This document shows positions 17,740-27,063 of a stretch of DNA of 32,000 bases, one piece after another. The position numbers were made by a program, and so were the translations under genes. The notes beneath the pieces are model-generated. The model did no database searches. It saw only the letters and a list, made by a program, of their open reading frames with translations, and had not been told where the DNA came from. Origin of the DNA: Alphaproteobacteria bacterium (GTDB lineage Bacteria > Pseudomonadota > Alphaproteobacteria > UBA2136 > JAPPOO01); assembly GCA_028817875.1 (NCBI GenBank), contig JAPPOO010000030.1, forward strand, positions 12,588-44,587, written 5' to 3'. Position 1 is the stretch's first letter, and every line of letters starts with the position of its first letter.

Positions 17740-17930
17740 TGGCTAAAAAGAAAACAGTTGCTGTAACACAAGTAAGCAGTGCGATTGCTCGGGAGAAGTC
17801 CCAGAAAGCAACGCTAAAAGGCTTGGGGTTACGTAAAATTGGTCAAACACGTGAATTGGAAGATACACCTTCCGTACGCGGTATGATTGACAAAGTAAAG
17901 CACTTAGTACGCGTAGAAGCTACTAAGTAA
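17739..17930 (+). CDS. rpmD: 50S ribosomal protein L30
   Basis: 63 aa, …[42 protein letters not shown]. Confidence 0.95.
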   Translation: MAKKKTVAVTQVSSAIAREKSQKATLKGLGLRKIGQTRELEDTPSVRGMIDKVKHLVRVEATK

Positions 17931-17964
17931 CGATAAATGGCGAAAAGATAAGGGAGACCGAGTC

Positions 17965-18435
17965 ATGAAACTAAATGAACTGCACGATAATAATGGTGCT
18001 CGTAAATCCGCAACCCGTTTGGGTCGTGGTATCGGAAGTGGTAAAGGTAAAACAGCTGCACGTGGTGTAAAGGGGCAAAAATCTCGCTCTGGCGCAAGCA
18101 TCCGCCCAGGGTTTGAAGGTGGACAGCGTCCATTGTACCTACGTTTGCCAATGCGTGGATTTACTAACAAATTCCGTAAAGAGTACACAATTATCAATGT
18201 GGGAACTTTGCAAAAGCTAGTAGACCTTGGCCGTGTTGATAGTGCTAAGCCTGTGACAATGGAGACATTGCAAACAGCAGGTTTCACTAAAAAAGCTGCT
18301 AAAAATGGTTTGAAAATTCTTGGTACAGGTGAACTGAAAGCCAAGTTAACAATTCAAGCTGCGGTAGCTTCCAGATCAGCTCTAGATAAGGTATCTAAAG
18401 CTGGCGGTAAAGTGGAACTTCCTGCTAGCAAGTAG
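17965..18435 (+). CDS. rplO: 50S ribosomal protein L15
   Basis: MKLNELHDNNGARKSATRLGRGIGSGKGKTAARGVKGQKSRSG. Confidence 0.96.
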   Translation: MKLNELHDNNGARKSATRLGRGIGSGKGKTAARGVKGQKSRSGASIRPGFEGGQRPLYLRLPMRGFTNKFRKEYTIINVGTLQKLVDLGRVDSAKPVTMETLQTAGFTKKAAKNGLKILGTGELKAKLTIQAAVASRSALDKVSKAGGKVELPASK

Positions 18436-18476
18436 TGTTGTTTTGCATCCTTTTGAGAAAAAAGGGCATTTTTAGG

Positions 18477-18528
18477 GGAATCTTGCTGCATATTTTTATG
18501 TTATCTGGCAAGATTCCTCTAATTTTTT
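18477..18528 (+). promoter_or_regulatory. terminator-like hairpin (possible attenuator) between rplO and secY
   Basis: 10-bp stem GGAATCTTGC (18477-18486) / GCAAGATTCC (18508-18517) with a 21-nt loop, then TCTAATTTTTT. Confidence 0.35.
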
Positions 18529-18556
18529 AGGAAAGAATAGAAGAGAGACCTTAATA

Positions 18557-19915
18557 ATGACGAATGCTGTATTCGGCAATCAATCTGAAGTAGCAGATTT
18601 ACTAAGCCGAGCAAAAGACCTTCAAAAGCGCATATTATTCGTTCTTGGCGCATTTATTATTTACCGCTTAGGAACCCATATTCCACTGCCTGGAATAGAT
18701 GCAGGAGCCTTGTCTGCTTACCAAACTCAACTTCAGCAGGGGGTGTTTGGGTTGTTTAATATGTTCTCAGGTGGGGCTTTTAGTCGTATGGCCATTTTTG
18801 CTCTAAATATCATGCCATATATTACAGCGTCCATTATTATTCAATTGATGTCTGCCACGTCTCCCACTTTATCTGAGTTAAAGAAAGAAGGGGAAGTTGG
18901 TCGCCGTAAAATTACGCAGTATACGCGTTATTTAACGGTTGTATTGGCTTTTGCTCAAGGGGTTGGTTTAGCTTCAGGTATCGAAACACAAACCGTCTCA
19001 GTTGGTAATGAAGTTGTAAACCTAGTGATTAACCCTGGACTAGCATTCCGTTTACAAACAGCTCTTACCATTATGACAGGAACCATGTTCCTTATGTGGT
19101 TGGGTGAGCAAATTAATGTAAAGGGAATCGGTAACGGTATTTCCCTCCTTATTTTTGCTGGTATCGTTGCTGAGATGCCTTCCATGGTGGCTCAAATTGT
19201 TGAGCTAGCTCGTACAGGCGCATTGAGCGGGTTTGTTGTAATAGCTATTTTGGTCGGGATGCTTGCTGCTATTTTCTTCATCACATTTATGGAAACAGCT
19301 CAGCGTCGTATTGCTGTTCAGTACCCCAAACGTCAAACAGCAGCAGGAAATGTTATGTCTGAAGCCAACCATTTGCCACTAAAAGTAAATATGGCAGGGG
19401 TGATTCCACCTATTTTTGCGAGCGCACTGCTTATGGCGCCTATAACGGCTGCATCCTTTGCACCTAACAGTGCATGGGCTCAGTTTATTGGGGCTTGGAT
19501 ATCTCCAGGTAAGCCAGTGTATATTGCCCTGTTTGTTGCAATGATTTTCTTCTTCTGCTTTTTCTACACGGCAACAGTTGCCTTTAATGCAGAAGAAACA
19601 GCTGATAACTTGAAGAAAAATGGTGGATTTCTACCGGGTATTCGCCCAGGTCAAGCAACAGCTAAGTACCTAGATAGCGTTGTGACGCGTTTAACTGTAC
19701 TAGGCGCAACATACATTGCTTTCGTATGTGCCGTGCCAGACTTGCTTCATGCAAACCAAACAATCCCTATGTATATTGGTGGAACTAGTTTATTGATTAT
19801 GGTGAGTGTGACAATTGATACTGTTTCTAGAATTCAGTCAGCAATTATTGCTCAAAAGTACGAAAGCCTCTTAAAGAAAAGTGCTTTGCGTGGCCGTCGC
19901 CAGAAAAAATCATAA
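18557..19915 (+). CDS. secY: preprotein translocase subunit SecY
   Basis: 452 aa and polytopic. …RILFVLGAFIIYRLGTHIPLPGID…ALNIMPYITASIIIQL…. Position after rplO. Confidence 0.96.
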   Translation: MTNAVFGNQSEVADLLSRAKDLQKRILFVLGAFIIYRLGTHIPLPGIDAGALSAYQTQLQQGVFGLFNMFSGGAFSRMAIFALNIMPYITASIIIQLMSATSPTLSELKKEGEVGRRKITQYTRYLTVVLAFAQGVGLASGIETQTVSVGNEVVNLVINPGLAFRLQTALTIMTGTMFLMWLGEQINVKGIGNGISLLIFAGIVAEMPSMVAQIVELARTGALSGFVVIAILVGMLAAIFFITFMETAQRRIAVQYPKRQTAAGNVMSEANHLPLKVNMAGVIPPIFASALLMAPITAASFAPNSAWAQFIGAWISPGKPVYIALFVAMIFFFCFFYTATVAFNAEETADNLKKNGGFLPGIRPGQATAKYLDSVVTRLTVLGATYIAFVCAVPDLLHANQTIPMYIGGTSLLIMVSVTIDTVSRIQSAIIAQKYESLLKKSALRGRRQKKS

Positions 19916-19947
19916 CTGTAACAATAAAAGAAAAAGGTAACGGAAAA

Positions 19948-20595
19948 ATGATTTTATTGCTTATTGGTCCTCCAGGGGCAGGTAAGGGAACGCAAGCTTT
20001 GCGTTTGGCAAACCAGTACGGAATAGCTCATATTTCTACAGGAGATATGTTCAGAGATATCAGTAAAAACCCGCAAACAGCCTTGGAAAAAGAGGTTAAA
20101 GAAATCATGACACGTGGGGATTTAATTCCCGATGACGTGACAATTGGTTTGGTTGAAGAGCGCATTAAACGGCCTGATTGTGAGAAAGGATTTATACTCG
20201 ACGGTTTTCCACGCACAGTCCCTCAAGCGGAAGTGCTTGACAAGATGCTGGAAAATGTGCATAAACCGCTGGATTATGTGTTTCTTTTCGAAGTAGATGA
20301 TGAAGCGCTAGTGGAACGCAAGGCCGGTAGGTTGTTTGCGCCACAAAGTAAGCGGGTATACCATAAAACGTATAATCCGCCAAAAGAACCGGGAAAATGT
20401 GATGAAACAGGTGAAAACCTTATTCAGCGCGATGACGATAAGCCTGAGGCAACCCGTCACCGTTTGAGTGTTTACCAAAAGCAAACAGCACCGGTAATTG
20501 CGTATTACGATGAAACAAAACGTATAACGCGACTAGACGGCATGGGAAGTATGGATGAAGTCTTTACCTCTCTATGCGAAGAAATTGATAAATAA
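19948..20595 (+). CDS. adk: adenylate kinase
   Basis: P-loop GPPGAGKGTQ, then …ISTGDMFR…GFILDGFPRT…RDDD. Confidence 0.95.
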   Translation: MILLLIGPPGAGKGTQALRLANQYGIAHISTGDMFRDISKNPQTALEKEVKEIMTRGDLIPDDVTIGLVEERIKRPDCEKGFILDGFPRTVPQAEVLDKMLENVHKPLDYVFLFEVDDEALVERKAGRLFAPQSKRVYHKTYNPPKEPGKCDETGENLIQRDDDKPEATRHRLSVYQKQTAPVIAYYDETKRITRLDGMGSMDEVFTSLCEEIDK

Positions 20596-20610
20596 AGGTA
20601 TTGGAAACGC

Positions 20611-20829
20611 ATGGCAAAGGCCGACGTAATTGAACTAGAAGGTGAAGTAGTAGAAGTATTACCAAACACCATGTTCAAAGTTAAATTGGAAAATGGCCAT
20701 GAGATTTTGGCGCACATTTCTGGAAAAATGAGGCAGTTTAACATCCGCATTTTAGAAGGAGATAGTGTAACGGTAGAAATGACACCATATGACCTAAGTA
20801 AAGGTCGGATCACCTACCGTAAGAAATAA
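20611..20829 (+). CDS. infA: translation initiation factor IF-1
   Basis: 72 aa, [41 protein letters not shown]…SKGRITYR (S1-like fold signature). Confidence 0.94.
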   Translation: MAKADVIELEGEVVEVLPNTMFKVKLENGHEILAHISGKMRQFNIRILEGDSVTVEMTPYDLSKGRITYRKK

Positions 20830-20850
20830 TTAAAAGGGAAGGGTAAGCAA

Positions 20851-21018
20851 ATGAAGTACCAATCTTCTATTCGTGCTGAACGAGGACGGCACCGTAACCT
20901 ACAGGTTTCTGGTAAGCGTCGTAATAAGGCCGGTAAATTTTTGGGGCGCCTTGTAGTGAAAATGCGTAACCGTCGTTTGAACGGTAAGGCAGGTCGCTAC
21001 GCAGTGACTCAAGGGTAA
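20851..21018 (+). CDS. rpmJ: 50S ribosomal protein L36-like, non-zinc type with insertions (55 aa)
   Basis: Below the ORF-track length cutoff, so translated by hand: MKYQSSIRAERGRHRNLQVSGKRRNKAGKFLGRLVVKMRNRRLNGKAGRYAVTQG. The N-terminus MK..SS.R....GRHR and the C-terminal QG match the Cys-less L36 pattern I recall. It is very basic, has a GGGAAGGG RBS region, and lies between infA and rpsM as in the classical infA-rpmJ-rpsM order. Confidence 0.6.
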   Translation: MKYQSSIRAERGRHRNLQVSGKRRNKAGKFLGRLVVKMRNRRLNGKAGRYAVTQG

Positions 21019-21035
21019 TAAAGTTAAGAAAAAAC

Positions 21036-21063
21036 TTGACTTTTGTACTCAGCTTGATAAGTT
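21036..21063 (+). promoter_or_regulatory. candidate promoter for rpsM-rpsK-rpoA-rplQ
   Basis: TTGACT (21036-21041), 16-nt spacer, extended -10 TGaTAAGTT (21055-21063). It is followed by a short hairpin CTCAG…CTGAG in the leader. Confidence 0.4.
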
Positions 21064-21131
21064 TCGGCCTCAGTGGGCGTTCTTTGGACGCTGAGTTATT
21101 GATTAATTTAATGAAAAAGGGGGTGTAGCTA

Positions 21132-21497
21132 GTGGCACGTATCGCTGGTGTGAATATCCCGACAGACAAGCAAGTGTGGGTTTCTTTAACCTACATTTTT
21201 GGCATTGGCCGTAAGTCTAGTCAGGACATTCTTAAAAAAGCTAAAATTAAACCGGAAACACGCGTAAAGACTCTGTCTGATGAGCAGGTTGCGAAAGTAC
21301 GGGATATTATTGAAAAAGAGTACGCAGTAGAAGGGGATCTTCGCCGTAAGATTTCATTGGATATTAAGCGTTTGATGGATTTGGGATGTTACCGTGGTTT
21401 GCGCCACCGTCGTAACTTGCCTGTGCGCGGTCAAAGCACACACTCCAACGCGCGTTCTCACAAAGGTCCACGTTCTGGCGTGGTGAAGAAACGCTAA
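21132..21497 (+). CDS. rpsM: 30S ribosomal protein S13
   Basis: GTG start. [34 protein letters not shown]. Confidence 0.96.
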   Translation: MARIAGVNIPTDKQVWVSLTYIFGIGRKSSQDILKKAKIKPETRVKTLSDEQVAKVRDIIEKEYAVEGDLRRKISLDIKRLMDLGCYRGLRHRRNLPVRGQSTHSNARSHKGPRSGVVKKR

Positions 21498-21513
21498 GGG
21501 GGAGAAAGAGATT

Positions 21514-21903
21514 ATGGCAAAAGCACAAACCCGCCTAAAGCGGAAAGATCGTAAAAATATTTCTAGCGGTGTAGCGCATATCAATGCGACGTTTAACAAC
21601 ACGCTTGTAACAATTACTGATGCTCAAGGAAACGCAGTTTCCTGGTCTAGCGCTGGTCAGCAAGGTTTTAAAGGTTCTCGTAAGGGAACACCATTTGCTG
21701 CACAGCTGGCTGCCGAGGCTGCTGGTCGCGCTGCGATGGATCATGGCATGAAAGTTTTGGATGTAAATATTAAAGGCCCAGGTTCTGGACGTGAATCTGC
21801 ATTACGTGCTCTACAGGCCGTTGGCTTTGAAATCCAAATGATTAAAGATGTTACGCCGATTCCACACAATGGTTGCCGGCCACCTAAACAACGTCGCGTA
21901 TAA
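21514..21903 (+). CDS. rpsK: 30S ribosomal protein S11
   Basis: …[30 protein letters not shown]…[18 protein letters not shown]. Confidence 0.97.
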   Translation: MAKAQTRLKRKDRKNISSGVAHINATFNNTLVTITDAQGNAVSWSSAGQQGFKGSRKGTPFAAQLAAEAAGRAAMDHGMKVLDVNIKGPGSGRESALRALQAVGFEIQMIKDVTPIPHNGCRPPKQRRV

Positions 21904-21945
21904 CGCTTAATTAAGCCTAACTGAAAAGACAAGGAGCACCCGCCC

Positions 21946-22962
21946 ATGCAAATACAGGCAAACTGGAAAGAACTGATTAAGCCAAATAAGGTGAATATTG
22001 CAGCTGGTCAAGACGCCCGCAAATCTGCAACTTTCACAGTAGAGCCCCTAGAGCGTGGTTTTGGCCACACAATGGGAAACGCCCTACGCCGTATTTTGCT
22101 TTCTAGCCTGCAAGGTTCCGCTGTAACCCAGATTAAGATTGAAGGTGTTTTACATGAATTCTCATCCATGGATGGTATTCAGGAAGATGTAACAGACATC
22201 ATTCTAAATCTAAAGGCAATGGCTGTTCGTTCTCACGCAACAGAGGCGAAAACTGTACAGCTAAAAGCAAAAGGCCCAGCAGTTGTTACAGCAGGAGATA
22301 TTGATCTTCCAAGTAACATCGAAATTATTGATGCTGACCACTACATTTGCACACTAAACGAAGGTGCAGAGCTGAATATGGAACTAACAATCGACAACGG
22401 TAAAGGTTACAGCCCTGCTGGAAACCATGTACCTGAAGAGCAAGTTGTTGGTTTAATTCCAATCGATGCTGTGTTTTCACCTGTGCGCCGTGTATCTTTC
22501 AAAGTATCTGATGCGCGTGTAGGACAAACAACAGACTACGACAAGCTAACAATCAATATGGAAAGCAACGGTGTTGTTGCACCTGAAGATGCTTTAGCTT
22601 ACGCAGCCCGCATTCTGCAAGATCAGCTATCACTCTTCGTGAACTTTGAAGAAGTTGAAGAGGAAACAGTTGTAGAAGAAGAGGAGCTGGATATCAATCC
22701 ACATCTATTGATGAAGGTTGATGAGCTTGAGCTTTCTGTACGGAGCGCTAACTGCTTGAAGAACGAAAACATCGTTTACATCGGTGATTTGGTTCAGAAA
22801 TCTGAGTCTGAAATGCTTAAAACGCCAAACTTTGGCCGTAAGTCTCTTAACGAAATCAGAGATGTATTGGTTCAAATGGGGCTTGGCTTAGGTATGAAGC
22901 TAGAAGGCTGGCCGCCTGAAAACGTTGAAGAATTAGCCCGTAAGCTAGATAAAAATTACTAG
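21946..22962 (+). CDS. rpoA: DNA-directed RNA polymerase alpha subunit
   Basis: 338 aa. …[29 protein letters not shown]… and the C-terminal domain …[44 protein letters not shown]. Confidence 0.97.
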   Translation: MQIQANWKELIKPNKVNIAAGQDARKSATFTVEPLERGFGHTMGNALRRILLSSLQGSAVTQIKIEGVLHEFSSMDGIQEDVTDIILNLKAMAVRSHATEAKTVQLKAKGPAVVTAGDIDLPSNIEIIDADHYICTLNEGAELNMELTIDNGKGYSPAGNHVPEEQVVGLIPIDAVFSPVRRVSFKVSDARVGQTTDYDKLTINMESNGVVAPEDALAYAARILQDQLSLFVNFEEVEEETVVEEEELDINPHLLMKVDELELSVRSANCLKNENIVYIGDLVQKSESEMLKTPNFGRKSLNEIRDVLVQMGLGLGMKLEGWPPENVEELARKLDKNY

Positions 22963-22991
22963 TCTACGGTAGGAAGAAAGAGGATAAAGAA

Positions 22992-23501
22992 ATGAGACAC
23001 GGAATTGCTGGACGTAAGTTTGGTCGCACATCCGCTCACCGTAAAGCCATGTTTTGTAACTTGGTGACAGAGTTGGTGCGTCACGAGCAAATCAGCACAA
23101 CACTGCCAAAAGCAAAGGACTTGCGGCGTGTGGTGGAGCCAATTATCACAAAAGCACGGGAAGATAGCGTTGCTGCGCGTCGTGAAGTAGCAAAAGTTAT
23201 TAAGGATGCTGATGTTTTGCGTAAACTATTTACGGAAATTGCACCACGCTTTAAGGAAACACAAGGTGGTTACACACGTGTACTTAAGGCTGGTTTCCGT
23301 CAAGGTGACTGCGCACCAATGGCTATTATTGCCCTAACAGAAGGTAAAGCACCAACGGCTAAGCCTAAGGCTAAAAAAGCTGCAGCTAAACCTGAAGCAA
23401 AGGCTGCTGAGCCAAAAGCTGAAGAAAAAGTAGAAGCTTCTGCTCCAGAAACGTCTGCTGACACAGCTGAAAAACCTGCTGAAGAAGCAAAGTCTGAATA
23501 G
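22992..23501 (+). CDS. rplQ: 50S ribosomal protein L17 (with 52-aa Ala/Lys/Pro/Glu-rich C-terminal tail)
   Basis: MRHGIAGRKFGRTSAHRKAMFCNLVTELVRHEQISTTLPKAKDLRRVVEPIITKA. The low-complexity tail starts at about nt 23343. Confidence 0.96.
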   Translation: MRHGIAGRKFGRTSAHRKAMFCNLVTELVRHEQISTTLPKAKDLRRVVEPIITKAREDSVAARREVAKVIKDADVLRKLFTEIAPRFKETQGGYTRVLKAGFRQGDCAPMAIIALTEGKAPTAKPKAKKAAAKPEAKAAEPKAEEKVEASAPETSADTAEKPAEEAKSE

Positions 23502-23518
23502 ACAGGCTATTAGTTATG

Positions 23519-23544
23519 AAAAAGCACCCTTTTGGGTGCTTTTT
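23519..23544. terminator. bidirectional intrinsic terminator (rplQ and the convergent 23545-24010 gene)
   Basis: Hairpin AGCACCC-TTTT-GGGTGCT flanked by an A run and a T run. Confidence 0.8.
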
Positions 23545-24010
23545 CTATGCGTTTGCTTTTTCTATAAATGCTAAAGCGTGGCGCTGCAAATCCTGTTCGT
23601 CAGGTAGTTTATCCATATTTTCACAATAAAAATTTCCAAAATATTGCGTGCGCTCGTCATTTAAATCCGCAAAAAATCCAACCATAGACCGCTGACCGAC
23701 AATAGGAGGAGTGGAAGATGAGAAAGCACGTAGTATGCCATCATATCCTCCTCGGTCTGTCGGTAAAACAGGGGGTATCATTTGTCATATTAAAGTTAAT
23801 AGCAATAAGGGATGAAGTGCAGGTAACATTTTGAGCTTGCCATGTACCTCTGTAACGCAAACTTTTGTCTTCATACAGAAAGAAAACCTGTCCATCTTCA
23901 ATAGAATTTTGATGTATAGCAAAAAATCCGACAACACCTAAAACGGGACCTTCTTCGTGCTGTTCAGCGGTTATAGTTGGGCTGGTAAGAGTGTATATCC
24001 AATAAGACAT
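23545..24010 (-). pseudogene. orphan two-repeat protein split into two overlapping ORFs by a frameshift (or two adjacent paralogous ORFs)
   Basis: The 89-aa ORF (23741-24010) and the 78-aa ORF (23545-23781) overlap by 41 nt in frames offset by one. The switch window contains a C5 run (plus-strand GGGGG at 23771-23775). The second ORF has no SD. Both halves share a …VGFFA… core. Confidence 0.45.
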
Positions 24011-24019
24011 AGGGAACCT

Positions 24020-24871
24020 TTATCGTTGTGGTACTAAAAATTTCCCAGGGGCAGGGAGCTGCCCAACCATCAGGCGTAAAATCGCTTTAGAATATTGAGA
24101 GTTGTTTACAGGTTGTTCAAAAGAGACAACCTGTAACTTCGCCAAAGGTAAGGTTGCTGTTTCTAAAATATCTCCAAGTTGTAAACCCGATTCTTGCCCA
24201 ATTGGTAAAGAAACATGCTGCGGGTTAACCGTGCCAAAAACACGTGTTTGCCAAGAGGCTGCTTTGATATGAGGGAGAACTTGAGGGAGTATCTTTTGAA
24301 TAGCCATCTGCGCAAGGTTTGAGTCAAGCTGGTTTTCCTGAATGGGAGGGGCAGGGTAAACGGTTTCCTTAGGAGGTGCTGAGACAGTAATGCTTCCTTG
24401 GGTAAGCGGAGTACCTGTAACACCTGTTAAAACAAAAGAAATAGCGTAATCAGCTTGCTGTTGAGTCTTCATAAGCTTTCCGACAAGGCGTGGTTGGCTG
24501 CCTTGCTGTAAACGCTGTTGAGCTGTAATTTGAAGGCGAAACATACCTGTTCCTATGGCAGAGGAAGGTAAAGTCGTCGCTTCAGCTTGTAACAATCTGG
24601 TAGCGGCTTCTTCTAAGGTTTTTTGTGGACTTAAAACATCTACTGTAAAGCGGTAGTGACGTGTAGGTGTAGCAGATTGCTGTATAGGCTCTGTTCGTGT
24701 AACAGGCGTTGTAACAGCAGGTAAAGAAGGTAAAATCACCGAAGGCGTTAAAGGCTCCAGCTCCCGTTGGGGAGAGGAGCCTTTAGTAGTATTCGTTGTT
24801 GTGCAACCAGCTAAAAAAGCTGCTGCACTTAACAAAAAGACCTTACTGGTGCTCTTTGTGTTCTTTATCAT
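24020..24871 (-). CDS. hypothetical lipoprotein (283 aa, Gln/Thr/Pro-rich)
   Basis: Signal peptide with lipobox: MIKNTKSTSKVFLLSAAAFLAGC|TTT. The start overlaps the 3' end of the PPIase gene by 29 nt. No family recognised. Confidence 0.7.
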   Translation of the reverse strand: MIKNTKSTSKVFLLSAAAFLAGCTTTNTTKGSSPQRELEPLTPSVILPSLPAVTTPVTRTEPIQQSATPTRHYRFTVDVLSPQKTLEEAATRLLQAEATTLPSSAIGTGMFRLQITAQQRLQQGSQPRLVGKLMKTQQQADYAISFVLTGVTGTPLTQGSITVSAPPKETVYPAPPIQENQLDSNLAQMAIQKILPQVLPHIKAASWQTRVFGTVNPQHVSLPIGQESGLQLGDILETATLPLAKLQVVSFEQPVNNSQYSKAILRLMVGQLPAPGKFLVPQR

Positions 24872-25709
24872 CTTCTTCGTGGCTGTCTTCTTTTTCTTGC
24901 TCTTTAATGCTAACCACTGCTTTTTCGCGTAGTTCTTTCAGGTAACCCTGAACGACAGTATGGCCAAGTTCTGCACGTAGTTGTTCTTGCACTTGTTCAA
25001 AGGAGGGGACATAAACGTCGTTTTTGTCTTCAACATAGATAACGTGCCAACCAAATTGAGTCTGAACAGGATCTTTGGCAATAGTACCGCGCTGGGTCCC
25101 AAAAGCAACTTCAGAGAAGGCAGGAATCATGGCTTCTTTACGGAACCAACCGAGGTCACCACCTGCAGGGGCGCTAGGGCCAACAGATTTTTCCTTAGCC
25201 ATATCTGCAAAGTTTTGCGGTGTAACAACCTTCAAAAGGTCTTTTGCTTCTGCTTCAGTTTTCACTAAAATATGGCGTGCCTTAGTAGCTGGGTAAGCAC
25301 GTGTTTGCTTGGTAGCTTCATAAGTTTGACGCAAAGCCTCATCGGTGAGCGTTTCATCCAACTTTTGCTTCAGTACAAAGTTGTTTACGAGCTGGTCGCG
25401 CGCATTTTCTAACTGCTTCTGGAATTCTTTGTTATCATCCAGCTTAATGCGTTTTGCCTCTTGGCGAATAAGTTCACGCTGGATGAGTTGTTCTAAAATT
25501 TGCTTACGAATTTCATCTTCACGGCCTTGTAGTAGTTGAGCAGGAATTGTCGCAAAAGGGCCTGCAATGTCTTCGGCATAAATCTTAGAACCGTTGACAA
25601 TAGCAGCAACGCCACCGTGTTCATCCTTGTCACCGCAAGCAGCCAACATAACAGACAGGGCAACCGCACTGGCAAGGGTTAATTTTGTCATAAAAAATTG
25701 ACGAGACAT
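24843..25709 (-). CDS. parvulin-type peptidyl-prolyl cis-trans isomerase (SurA/PrsA-like), probable lipoprotein
   Basis: Lipobox-like signal …LSVMLAAC|GD. PpiC domain …ARHILVKTEAEAKDLL…GGDLGWFRKEAMIPAFSEVAF…TQFGWHVIYVEDK. Acidic/His-rich tail. Confidence 0.88.
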   Translation of the reverse strand: MSRQFFMTKLTLASAVALSVMLAACGDKDEHGGVAAIVNGSKIYAEDIAGPFATIPAQLLQGREDEIRKQILEQLIQRELIRQEAKRIKLDDNKEFQKQLENARDQLVNNFVLKQKLDETLTDEALRQTYEATKQTRAYPATKARHILVKTEAEAKDLLKVVTPQNFADMAKEKSVGPSAPAGGDLGWFRKEAMIPAFSEVAFGTQRGTIAKDPVQTQFGWHVIYVEDKNDVYVPSFEQVQEQLRAELGHTVVQGYLKELREKAVVSIKEQEKEDSHEEDDKEHKEHQ

Positions 25710-25862
25710 AGAACTATAACTCCTAACTTTTTGATATATAAGGTTTGTTTGTATTAATTAACTTCTTCTAAGTATTCTTCTTACCCTAAGAGATGACGGT
25801 ACTTTGCCCGTATTGTGGCTAAAATGCAAGGGGGTTTGTACAATAAAAAGCAAAGAAAAAGC

Positions 25863-25891
25863 TTGACCTACAAGGGTATTTGACCATAAAT
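25863..25891 (+). promoter_or_regulatory. candidate promoter for the M23 peptidase gene (possibly also secA)
   Basis: TTGACC (25863-25868), 17-nt spacer, ATAAAT (25886-25891). Confidence 0.5.
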
Positions 25892-25925
25892 CGCACGTCA
25901 TGCATTATGAAGTTTGGATTAAACT

Positions 25926-26981
25926 ATGCTAGATAGGAGCACAATGCGCTTCTTTTATAAAATATGGGAACACAAAATCTTCTTCTCCGTAGCATTATCG
26001 GAGACAGCGGCTGTACGTGGTCTTCATATTAGGGCTTTTTGGCCTGTTTTTGCTTGTATTCTCATTGCTTCCACGTGGCTAGGCCTCCTAGTTGTTGGGG
26101 AAAACGCCCGCGCACGCTTAGCTGCACGTATGGCGGGAGACGCACAGACAACAGCTTACCTAGATAAAATTGCAAAGCTAGAAGAAGAGAAGGAGGCACA
26201 GTCACGCCAAGTCTCTCTCATTGCTCAAGAGTTGGGAATCCTTCAAGCAAGGCTGGATCGCTTTGACGTAATCGGTGAAAAGCTGGGCTCAGACGAAGAG
26301 CTTGGTAAGCTGATAGGGGCAAATGAAATCCCAGGTGGGCAGGGTGGTCCAGAAGAGTTGGAATTTTTAGAAGTTCCTTCCTTAGAAGAGCTTCAAAAAC
26401 AATTAGGAATTATCCAACGCGATGCTGACCGCGCGCAAGTTGCGTTAGAAACAGGTCTAGCGTTATCTATCAGCAAGCAAGAAATGCATGCAGGTATTCC
26501 GCACCATTTTCCGGTTGTGCACCCTCATGCGTATATAAGTTCTTCCTATGGCTCTCGTAAACACCCTATTACTAAAAAACGCCACTGGCACGGTGGGTTA
26601 GATGTAGCAGCGGGGTGGGGAGCACCAATTGTAAGCGCCGCTGATGGAGTAGTTGTTTATGCTGGCTACCGCTATGCATACGGCATTTTTGTAGAAATCC
26701 GTCATGCAAACGGTTTTTCGACGCGTTATGCACACCTTAAAAAAGCGACAGCAACAAATGGTCAGCAGGTTAAAGCTGGAGAATTGGTTGGGCTAATGGG
26801 GTCAACAGGTCGTTCCACAGGGCCTCACTTGCATTTTGAGGTATTAAAAAACGATGAATCCCTTAACCCATACACATTTGTAAAAGGTCACATGAAAACA
26901 GCTCGTAAAATGGGACGGGACGGTATAGGCGAGCGCCAAGTAGAAAAATGGAAAGAGCAGCAAAAGCTGGCGCAAAAGTAA
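25926..26981 (+). CDS. M23 family metallopeptidase with N-terminal TM segment and coiled-coil region
   Basis: HWHGGLDVAAGWGAPIVSAADGVVVYAG…GSTGRSTGPHLHFEV is the LytM/M23 signature. ATG at 25944 (after AGGAG) is an alternative start. Confidence 0.9.
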   Translation: MLDRSTMRFFYKIWEHKIFFSVALSETAAVRGLHIRAFWPVFACILIASTWLGLLVVGENARARLAARMAGDAQTTAYLDKIAKLEEEKEAQSRQVSLIAQELGILQARLDRFDVIGEKLGSDEELGKLIGANEIPGGQGGPEELEFLEVPSLEELQKQLGIIQRDADRAQVALETGLALSISKQEMHAGIPHHFPVVHPHAYISSSYGSRKHPITKKRHWHGGLDVAAGWGAPIVSAADGVVVYAGYRYAYGIFVEIRHANGFSTRYAHLKKATATNGQQVKAGELVGLMGSTGRSTGPHLHFEVLKNDESLNPYTFVKGHMKTARKMGRDGIGERQVEKWKEQQKLAQK

Positions 26982-27063
26982 AGCAGGAAGAAGGGGAGAC
27001 TTCTTGCAAACCTTACAAATTTCCCCTATCCTCCGCATCACAATAAAGGAATAGAGAAGACGT

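Noticed and set aside
16992-17771. 259-aa minus-strand ORF, the longest unexplained ORF in the track.
   Set aside because: It is entirely antisense to rpsE and rpmD. Its Ala/Ser/Phe-rich low-complexity sequence mirrors the Lys/Ala-rich S5 tail. This is a typical shadow ORF.
20867-21169. 100-aa minus ORF between infA and rpsM.
   Set aside because: It is antisense to the L36-like ORF and the rpsM promoter and start. The plus-strand 55-aa ORF has an RBS, family-like termini and the expected operon position.
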